A stretch of DNA of 64,000 nucleotides from an uncultured Candidatus Izemoplasmatales bacterium. Lineage in GTDB: Bacteria > Bacillota_I > Bacilli_A > Izemoplasmatales > Hujiaoplasmataceae. Shown here piece by piece: positions 21,429 to 29,385 of this stretch. A program made the translations under genes and the position numbers. The stretch is from assembly GCA_964544325.1 (NCBI GenBank), contig CAZJAP010000002.1, forward strand, positions 17,335 through 81,334, written 5' to 3'. Numbering within the stretch: the first letter of the stretch is position 1; each line of letters opens with the position of its first letter. The notes beneath the pieces were generated by a model. That model did not search any database. It worked only from the letters and a program-made list of their open reading frames with translations, and was not told the origin of the DNA.

Positions 21429-21689
21429 TTATTCGAAATAATTATCGCTAACTTGTTTTGTAACATAATCAACCAAGTCCTTAACATCTCTCATTTCTGT
21501 AGCTGCTTCATCAGAAATAGTGATTAAGAACTCGCTTTCGATTTGGTTAAATAATTCTAGTGCATCTAAAGAATCAGCGCCAAAATCTTCCGCTAGTCCT
21601 GCGTCTAAGACAACCATTTCCGGTTTAACGCCTAATTCTTGAACAATCATTTCTTTTATCTTTTCAAAGACTTTTTCTTTCTTTTCCAT
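21429..21689 (-). CDS. acpP: acyl carrier protein-like
   Basis: 86 aa from ATG 21689 (MEKKEKVFEKIKEM...), AGGAGG RBS; phosphopantetheine-attachment motif GADSLDALEL. Confidence 0.8.
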   Translation of the reverse strand: MEKKEKVFEKIKEMIVQELGVKPEMVVLDAGLAEDFGADSLDALELFNQIESEFLITISDEAATEMRDVKDLVDYVTKQVSDNYFE

Positions 21690-21754
21690 AATTTCCTCCT
21701 GATTAATATACATTTATTATATTATTTTTTATATCACTAGTCAAATGAGTTTAA

Positions 21755-22198
21755 TCATTCTTTTTCGATAATTATCGTAACTGGGCCTTGATTTATCAAA
21801 GAAACATCCATACTTTCTCCAAAGACACCTTCATAAACTTCTAAACCATAGCTATTTCTTAGTATTTCATTAAATTTTAAATACAAAATATTAGCATCTT
21901 GGTAATTAAGAGCTTTAGTAAAACTAGGTCGATTACTTTTAGATGTATCGCCATAAAGTGTGAATTGAGAAATTGAGAGAATTTTACCATTAACTTGATC
22001 GATTGACTTATTCATTAAGCCAAATTCATCTTCAAAAACTCTTAACCTAGAAACTTTTCTAGCTACATATTCAATTTGCTCAAGACCATCATTTTCTTGA
22101 AATCCTACTAGTAATAAAAAGCCTTGGTCAATACTAGAAACCACTTGGCCTTTTACCTCAACCGAAGCTTTTTTTACTCTTTGACATACTACTTTCAA
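21755..22198 (-). CDS. dtd: D-aminoacyl-tRNA deacylase
   Basis: 147 aa; MKVVCQRV N-terminus and SQFTLYGD motif; follows relA, as in Bacillus. Confidence 0.9.
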   Translation of the reverse strand: MKVVCQRVKKASVEVKGQVVSSIDQGFLLLVGFQENDGLEQIEYVARKVSRLRVFEDEFGLMNKSIDQVNGKILSISQFTLYGDTSKSNRPSFTKALNYQDANILYLKFNEILRNSYGLEVYEGVFGESMDVSLINQGPVTIIIEKE

Positions 22199-22201
22199 AT
22201 T

Positions 22202-24373
22202 TTATATCCTCTCAATCGAATATACATTTTTTACTTTTTGAATATTGGCAACGACACTGTCAAGTTCTAAAACACTACCGATCTCAATTTTCATTCTGAT
22301 TATTCCTTCTTTTATGTCGTTTGATTGAGCTGAGACCTGAACTATTTTCGCCTTAGATGAAGTTGCAGCATTAATTATTTCCGCTAAAATATTATCACGA
22401 TTTAAAACGTTAATTTTTAAATTAGTTAAGTAACGCTTAGTTAAATTATTACCCCAATAGACATCAATTAATCTATTTTTATCAAAATCATTTAAATTTT
22501 TACAATCATTTCGATGAACAACAATACCAGAGTTTCTTGTGATATAACCAACTATTTCATCGCCAAGAATCGGACTACAACAATTGCCAAGCTTTACTGA
22601 AGGTTTATCTAAACCTTCCACAATTACATTGATATCAGAATGAAGATATTGCTTTTTCTTTTCTTGTTCTTTTGAATATTTTTCTAATAAGTCTTGCTCA
22701 GTTAATTCTGGTTTACCAATTATTAAATTAATCGCCCCAATAGGTGAAATAACATTTTTTCCAATTTCATAATAAAGATCTTCTAGTGATTTAACACCCT
22801 TATTTTCAAAATATTTAATCGCTTCTTTATCAGTTAAAGTTATGTTTAAATGTCGCGTTGAAATTTCGCGATCCATTTCTTCTTTACCTTTTTCAATTAA
22901 GAACTCACGACGTTGTCTGTTTAAGAAATTTTTAATTTTACTGCGAGCGTTAGAAGTTTTAGCAATCTTTAACCAGTTATCATTTGGTCCTACTGAATTT
23001 GGAGAAGTTTTTATTTCAACTAAATCTCCAGTTTTTAACGTGTAGTCCAAAGGTCTGATTTTGCCGTTAACAATGGCTCCAACAGTCTTTTCACCAACTT
23101 TTGTATGAATTCTAAAAGCAAAATCTAATGGGGTAGCTCCGGCTGTAAGGTCGATGATTTCTCCTTTAGGAGTAAAAACATAGACATTTGCTTTAAGGAT
23201 ATCGTCTGTGAAGATATCTAAAATTTCTTCATCTGAATCGCTCTCTTCAGTATACTTTATTAATTCAGAATACCATCTTAATTTTGAAGAAACTATATCT
23301 TCAATATTTTTCCTTGAAGACATACCTTTAGTTTCTTTATAAGCCCAGTGTGCAGCAACCCCTTTTTCAGCAATTTCATCCATTTCTTTTGTTCTGATTT
23401 GAATTTCAAAAATCTTACCTTTATTTACCACTGTTGTATGTAAGGATTGATACATATTAGGTTTAGGCATAGCAATGTAATCTTTGAAACGCCCAGGAAC
23501 AGGGATAAAACGAGAATGAACAATACCGATAGCTTTATAACAGTCACTAATACTATTTACAATAATCCTTAGAGCCAACAAATCATGAATCTCTTCAAAA
23601 TCAATTTTTTTGACTTTCATTTTACTATAAACAGAATGGATATTTTTTATTCTACCTTTAATTTCAAAATCAAAATTTTCTTCATTAAGCAGTTCAGTTA
23701 AGGATTTTTCCATATCTTGTACGTCAGATTCTCTACTGCCCTTTTTGTCTCTTAACAGTTTCGCTATACTTTGGTATTCAAATGGATAAAGATATTTAAA
23801 TGACATATCTTCTAGTTCAGCTTTTAATCGATACATCCCTAAACGATGGGCGATTGGCGCAAAAATATCAAGAGTTTCTCTTGATATTCTAGTTCTTCTT
23901 TCATCATCTAAGAAAGATAATGTACGCATATTATTTAATCTATCTGCTAGTTTGACAAAAATAACTCTGATATCTCTAGCCATAGCTAAAACCATTTTTT
24001 GATGGTTTTTTACTTGCTGAGCTGCTTTTGAAATTTGATACTTTAATTGGTCTAATTTTGTTAAACCTTCGACAATATCTGCTACTTCTTCGCCAAACAG
24101 TTCTTTGATTTCGTCATAAGTCGTATCGGTATCTTCTAAAATATCATGTAACAGTCCAGCGGCTATAGTATAAGGGTCAACTTGATATTCCGCTAATGTG
24201 ATTGCTACATCTCGAGGATGAACTATATAAGGTTCTCCTGATTTTCGCAATTGTCCTTTGTGTTTAGAATCTGCATAATCAAAAGCGCTCCTAATAAAAT
24301 CTAGGTGCTTGGGTTGAGAAATATATTTATTTATTTCTACCTTTAACTTTTGAAAATAATCAGCTTCTACCAC
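22202..24373 (-). CDS. relA: bifunctional (p)ppGpp synthetase/hydrolase
   Basis: 723 aa; HD domain (LLHDILEDT), synthetase domain, TGS and ACT regions. Confidence 0.95.
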   Translation of the reverse strand: MVEADYFQKLKVEINKYISQPKHLDFIRSAFDYADSKHKGQLRKSGEPYIVHPRDVAITLAEYQVDPYTIAAGLLHDILEDTDTTYDEIKELFGEEVADIVEGLTKLDQLKYQISKAAQQVKNHQKMVLAMARDIRVIFVKLADRLNNMRTLSFLDDERRTRISRETLDIFAPIAHRLGMYRLKAELEDMSFKYLYPFEYQSIAKLLRDKKGSRESDVQDMEKSLTELLNEENFDFEIKGRIKNIHSVYSKMKVKKIDFEEIHDLLALRIIVNSISDCYKAIGIVHSRFIPVPGRFKDYIAMPKPNMYQSLHTTVVNKGKIFEIQIRTKEMDEIAEKGVAAHWAYKETKGMSSRKNIEDIVSSKLRWYSELIKYTEESDSDEEILDIFTDDILKANVYVFTPKGEIIDLTAGATPLDFAFRIHTKVGEKTVGAIVNGKIRPLDYTLKTGDLVEIKTSPNSVGPNDNWLKIAKTSNARSKIKNFLNRQRREFLIEKGKEEMDREISTRHLNITLTDKEAIKYFENKGVKSLEDLYYEIGKNVISPIGAINLIIGKPELTEQDLLEKYSKEQEKKKQYLHSDINVIVEGLDKPSVKLGNCCSPILGDEIVGYITRNSGIVVHRNDCKNLNDFDKNRLIDVYWGNNLTKRYLTNLKINVLNRDNILAEIINAATSSKAKIVQVSAQSNDIKEGIIRMKIEIGSVLELDSVVANIQKVKNVYSIERI

Positions 24374-24385
24374 AAATTTATCTCC

Positions 24386-24898
24386 TTAATATTGCATTAA
24401 GACTTTAATTGGAAAATCTTTGACTCTTTCTCTACCATTTAAATCAACTAATTCTATCATAAATCCTAATCCAACAACTTTAGCTCCAGCGGTTTCTACT
24501 AATTTAATAGTTGCTTCCATAGTTCCACCTGTCGCTAATAGGTCATCAATAATAACTACTCTGTCCCCTGGTTTAACCGCATCTTTATGCATACATAGAG
24601 TGTTTTTGCCATATTCTAATTCATAATCATAGGTAATAACTTCTCTTGGTAATTTTCCAGGTTTTCTAACCGGAACAAATCCAGCATTTAAAGCATAGGC
24701 TACTGGGGCTCCAATAATAAAGCCTCTTGCATCTGGCCCAATAACTTTGTTAGCATTTAATTCTTTCGAAAAAGCAGTAAGTTCATCAATTGCCTTTCTG
24801 AAAGCTTCAGAATCACCAATAAGAGGTGTTATGTCTTTAAATTGAATACCAGGTATAGGAAAATCAGGTACGTTTTTAATATAATCAGTGTATTTCAT
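24386..24898 (-). CDS. apt: adenine phosphoribosyltransferase
   Basis: PRPP-binding motif VVIIDDLLATGGT. Confidence 0.93.
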   Translation of the reverse strand: MKYTDYIKNVPDFPIPGIQFKDITPLIGDSEAFRKAIDELTAFSKELNANKVIGPDARGFIIGAPVAYALNAGFVPVRKPGKLPREVITYDYELEYGKNTLCMHKDAVKPGDRVVIIDDLLATGGTMEATIKLVETAGAKVVGLGFMIELVDLNGRERVKDFPIKVLMQY

Positions 24899-26999
24899 TT
24901 TTATCCTCCAAAATTTGTTTGAAATAAGTTTTTAATGTGTGATTATCAGTTTGATATATAAAATTAGCATGTTGAAACTTATCAAGTAAATCACTATAAG
25001 TTTTTGATGTATTTAAATCTAATTTAAGTGATTTCCTTTTGATTTGATAAAAATCATTATTCACTTCTAATAAACCAAGCTCACAAAATATTTTTATCGC
25101 ACTAAGATAAGCAAACTCACTAAAATGTTGAAAGTTCAAATCATCTATGGAAAAATGATTAAGTTTTTCAAAATATAAATATATTTTCCCAAGTTCTTTA
25201 CGATCTATAACTTGGTTTAAATTATATTTTCTTTCTTTTGGTAAAACAACAACAGTTTTCTTTTCTTTAAATTCACTGCTGATGTCATTGTTTTCAATAA
25301 TATATGTATCATCATAAACAATAAAATTTTCTCTTAGAAAAGGTGTGATATCTTCATTTGTTTTACGATAATCAAAAATTTGCGGATGCTTACAAACTAT
25401 ATCTTTGATCATTATTTGCAAATTTGAACGGTTACGGTAAGTATTAACATTCAACCCACCACAAATATCAATTATATCCCCAGAATTAAGAATATAATAA
25501 AACTCTAAGCTATTGAAGTCAAGGGCCTCGATAAAATATCCATCGATTTCTAAATGTAATTTAGTATGTTTGTTATTTAAAAGTTGTTTTCTTACCACTC
25601 TTACATTTTTCATAACATAAGAAGCAGTAAAGAAAGATTTATCCTGAATATCTTGAATTGTACTGATTTTTATTTTCGGCAAATAGACTTCCATATCAAC
25701 TTTCAAGATTGGTTTTTCTGTTTTGATTTTGACAGTATTTAAAGCTTTTTTAAATGGTTCAAGATTATCAAGATTGATTTGTAACCCAGCGGCTTGTGAA
25801 TGTCCACCATACCTTTCAAGATACTCTTGATTGTCATTTAACATTTCTAAGATATTGCTATCACCATAAGATCTAGCAGAGCCTTTACCGATATTATCTT
25901 CATCTTTTGTTATCACAATTGTCGGTTTTTGAAATTTCTCTACTAAACGTTGAGCACAAATTCCAATAACACCTTCATGAAGTTTATCAGATGCAACAAC
26001 AATTACAGAATCTAAGGGATTAACTAATTCTTCACAAATTTGAAAAGCATCTTCGGTTAATTTCTTGCGTAAATCGTGATTTTTTTCAATTTCTATAATC
26101 AACTCGTTAGCTCTTTTAATATCATCTGTAATAAGTAATTCTATCGCTTCTTTGGCTTTATTTAATCTACCACTACTATTGATTTTAGGAGCAATCTTAA
26201 AAGCAATCGCAGTAACATTGATTATATCTAAATTGCTATATTCAAGTAGTTTTCTTAATCCAATATTCTTTGTGTGCTTAATTATTTCAATTCCAAGATT
26301 AACCATAGCTTGATTTTCATCTTCCAATGGCATTAAATCAGCAATAGTCCCAACCATTACTAAATCTAGTAAATCGTCGAGATCACTGTTTAAAAGTGCT
26401 GAAGATAATTTATAAGCAACCATTACACCTGCAATTTCTTGGAATGGATAATTTGGACTTAATTTTGGATGAACTATAGCATAAGCTTCTGGTAATTCTT
26501 CTCCAGGCTCATGATGATCGGTAATAATTACATCAATACCTGCAAGTTGTAACTCCTTAACTTCATTAAGACATGTTATGCCGTTATCAACGGTAATTAC
26601 TAATTTTATGTTTGAGGCGATTATCTCTTTTACAGCTCTTTCATTAAGGCCATATCCCTCATTAAATCTGTCAGGTAAATCATATTCAACAAGAGCGGAA
26701 GCTTTTACTAAAGAACGGTAAAGAACAGCAATAGCACTAATGCCATCGCAGTCATAATCACCAAAGATAATTATTTTTTCCTTATTGGAAATAGCATTTT
26801 TAATTCTTTCAATCGCTTTATCCATGTCTCTTAATAAAAAAGGATTATGTAATTCCTCTTTTCCCATTGAGAAAAAAGATTCAAAATTATTTATTTTGCG
26901 ATTTTTCAGTAAGGTTTTAAAAATATCATCACTATCAATAATTCCTTCAGCTAAAATGTCCCATTTATATTTGCTATTAATCAAACAAAACAACTCCAA
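24885..26999 (-). CDS. recJ: single-stranded-DNA-specific exonuclease RecJ
   Basis: DHH motifs GDYDCDGIS and ITDHHEP; conserved recJ-apt-relA order. Confidence 0.9.
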   Translation of the reverse strand: MELFCLINSKYKWDILAEGIIDSDDIFKTLLKNRKINNFESFFSMGKEELHNPFLLRDMDKAIERIKNAISNKEKIIIFGDYDCDGISAIAVLYRSLVKASALVEYDLPDRFNEGYGLNERAVKEIIASNIKLVITVDNGITCLNEVKELQLAGIDVIITDHHEPGEELPEAYAIVHPKLSPNYPFQEIAGVMVAYKLSSALLNSDLDDLLDLVMVGTIADLMPLEDENQAMVNLGIEIIKHTKNIGLRKLLEYSNLDIINVTAIAFKIAPKINSSGRLNKAKEAIELLITDDIKRANELIIEIEKNHDLRKKLTEDAFQICEELVNPLDSVIVVASDKLHEGVIGICAQRLVEKFQKPTIVITKDEDNIGKGSARSYGDSNILEMLNDNQEYLERYGGHSQAAGLQINLDNLEPFKKALNTVKIKTEKPILKVDMEVYLPKIKISTIQDIQDKSFFTASYVMKNVRVVRKQLLNNKHTKLHLEIDGYFIEALDFNSLEFYYILNSGDIIDICGGLNVNTYRNRSNLQIMIKDIVCKHPQIFDYRKTNEDITPFLRENFIVYDDTYIIENNDISSEFKEKKTVVVLPKERKYNLNQVIDRKELGKIYLYFEKLNHFSIDDLNFQHFSEFAYLSAIKIFCELGLLEVNNDFYQIKRKSLKLDLNTSKTYSDLLDKFQHANFIYQTDNHTLKTYFKQILEDKNEIH

Positions 27000-27032
27000 T
27001 TCTTAATTTTAAATGTAAAACCAAAATAGTTA

Positions 27033-28124
27033 CTAATCGATATCCATTTTGATTTGACCATCAAATTTTACTTTTGTATTCTTTTTTACGATTTTTACCC
27101 ATTTAGCACTTCTACCAACACCAACAGCTCTTATGACATTTTCATCAGATAATCTCTTCAGTGTCCTATTAATTGTCGAATCAGAAATTGATGGATGTCT
27201 ATTTCTTATATCTTCTTTTGAAAATACATCACCTAATTTAAAAATAGTATTCTCAACATAGTCAGTTTTATTTATCGAAAGGTCTTGATCATATTTAAAA
27301 TCTCGAGACACATCTTTAAGTTCGACATAGAAACTATTAAAAATATTGATAAAGAAACTCATTAAAGGCATCAAATCAGGTAAACCTTGCTTACTTTGAA
27401 CTAAAATACGATTCATTATATCATCATATTCAGTCTTATATAAATTTAATTTTTGAAAGAAAGAAAGGTAATTAGCAGCTTTAAAGTGATTTTCAACCAT
27501 TAAAATATAAAAAATCAAAACTCCGAGACTGTGATTATATGGCATATCAAAAACTTCCATGCCAATAAAATCAATCATAAAGTTTAAATATAAGAATATT
27601 GGCTCGACACTTTTTTCCTTAGCAATTTTATTTAGATTATCAAGATATTTTTCCAAAACTTCTCTCATCGACTGAGTTTCGGACATAAACATCCCTTTTT
27701 TCTTGCCGAATTTACGGTATTTTAATTTTTCTTTGGTAAGAACATTACTAAATAACAGCATAAATAAATCGTTAATTTCACCTAAATCTAAATTAAACGG
27801 ATCAACATTTTCAATATGAATTTTCCGGAAAATAGATATTAGATTTTTATATAATTGTTCGGATTTATTATTAGCGACTGAAGAATCTAAAAGTAGGGTT
27901 CTATAACGACTTTCTTTGATTTTAAAATCTTGAGAAAAAAAGATTTTAAAGAAATATTCTGAATTTTTCTGAGCTATATCATTTTTTATGTAATCGATAT
28001 TTTTATTAAATATTTCTTCATAAATGGGGTTTTTTCCCATTTCATAGTAAAGGGTTGTAGTATTATTAAACACTTCATGAGTTACAAGATTAACTTTTAT
28101 ACGATCTAAACAATTCATATTCAC
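27033..28124 (-). CDS. Fic/DOC-like protein with degenerate active-site motif and C-terminal winged-helix domain (tentative)
   Basis: 363 aa. The C-terminus DSTINRTLKRLSDENVIRAVGVGRSAKWVK looks like the wHTH of Fic-family proteins. Where HPFxxGNGRxxR is expected, the sequence reads MEVFDMPYNHSLGV. Confidence 0.35.
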   Translation of the reverse strand: MNMNCLDRIKVNLVTHEVFNNTTTLYYEMGKNPIYEEIFNKNIDYIKNDIAQKNSEYFFKIFFSQDFKIKESRYRTLLLDSSVANNKSEQLYKNLISIFRKIHIENVDPFNLDLGEINDLFMLLFSNVLTKEKLKYRKFGKKKGMFMSETQSMREVLEKYLDNLNKIAKEKSVEPIFLYLNFMIDFIGMEVFDMPYNHSLGVLIFYILMVENHFKAANYLSFFQKLNLYKTEYDDIMNRILVQSKQGLPDLMPLMSFFINIFNSFYVELKDVSRDFKYDQDLSINKTDYVENTIFKLGDVFSKEDIRNRHPSISDSTINRTLKRLSDENVIRAVGVGRSAKWVKIVKKNTKVKFDGQIKMDID

Positions 28125-28146
28125 CCTCCTAAAACTTAAAAAATGA

Positions 28147-29370
28147 TTAATTTAAAAATGTAATTACTTTAAGTATAAAATCTTCTTCCCAATCAAAGTT
28201 TGCAAGGTACCAATCACTATCAAGCAAATTATCAAATTCTTGATATTGTTCATAATCAAGAAAATCCATTGTAATGTCACTAAAATAAGTGTTTACAATT
28301 GTTTTATCACCATAACTTTCGGCAATTAGAGGCTCTTTAAAAACGTTAACACCTTGAAGATTATAGCTTTCTAAATTACCTATTACTATGGTATCTTTTA
28401 TTAAACCTGAAGAATCTTCAGCTATTAAAAGACTTAGAAAATGTTCTTTTCCATCACCAAAAATTGTTGTTTTTAAGATATTTCCATAAGTGTTTCCATA
28501 AGAACTATAGCCAAACAAACCACCTGTTAATAAACTATCATTTTCACTTTTGCCAATTATAAAACTTTCAGCAAAATTATTATATACAGCGACATTTTTG
28601 ACAATTCTTTCAACTTCATATCCAGCTGTTATTCCGTTATAATTATGACCGACTAAGCCGCCGATAATTGCAGAATTTGCCAGCGATTCAGCAGATATAT
28701 TAACATCAACTGTATTATCATGAATTCTACCGTTAAAATTTTGACCGATTAAGCCACCGACATAAACATGTTTTTCTCCGATAACATCAATTGTTCCCTT
28801 AACAAAAACATTTGAAATTATTGCTGGTTCAAAAGCGGATACATCAGTTGATAAAAGTTGACTTTTTGCTTGCCCACCTAGAAGTCCGACATAAGATTTA
28901 GAAAAGGTATTAATTACACTAATATCCCCTGATAAAGTAATATTATCCACTTCACCTGAAATTGATCCAGCTAAACCTCCAGCATAGGTAACAAACTCAG
29001 ATTCATAATCAATTAAGAAATCTTTAATTTCTAAATCAAAAACTTCTCCTTCTATTAGACCGAAAAAACCGTTATAAGTATTATCACTAGTAATTTCAAG
29101 ATTGGAAATAACTTTATCATTACCATCAAAAATACCCAAATAAGGATTATTAAAATCTCCTAATGGCAACCAATTTAGCCCTGTCAAATCAAGATCATTC
29201 ATTAAGATATAAGATTTATTCATCTCAATATTTTTAAGTTCATCAACGGTAGTAATTTCAATGAAATTATCACGATCTACTGTAATTACTGGCGCAGTTG
29301 TTCCAGTCGCTTGGAAATTACAACCGACCAAAGCAAACATCAAAAATATAAATAAGAGTAATTTTTTCAT
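28147..29370 (-). CDS. lipoprotein with GLUG-type repeats
   Basis: Signal peptide plus lipobox MKKLLLFIFLMFALVGC. Recurrent GGL[AIVF]G motifs (GGLAGSISG, GGLIGQNFNG, GGLVGHNYNG, GGLFGYSSYG). Confidence 0.7.
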   Translation of the reverse strand: MKKLLLFIFLMFALVGCNFQATGTTAPVITVDRDNFIEITTVDELKNIEMNKSYILMNDLDLTGLNWLPLGDFNNPYLGIFDGNDKVISNLEITSDNTYNGFFGLIEGEVFDLEIKDFLIDYESEFVTYAGGLAGSISGEVDNITLSGDISVINTFSKSYVGLLGGQAKSQLLSTDVSAFEPAIISNVFVKGTIDVIGEKHVYVGGLIGQNFNGRIHDNTVDVNISAESLANSAIIGGLVGHNYNGITAGYEVERIVKNVAVYNNFAESFIIGKSENDSLLTGGLFGYSSYGNTYGNILKTTIFGDGKEHFLSLLIAEDSSGLIKDTIVIGNLESYNLQGVNVFKEPLIAESYGDKTIVNTYFSDITMDFLDYEQYQEFDNLLDSDWYLANFDWEEDFILKVITFLN

Positions 29371-29385
29371 GGTTATTCCCCTTCT

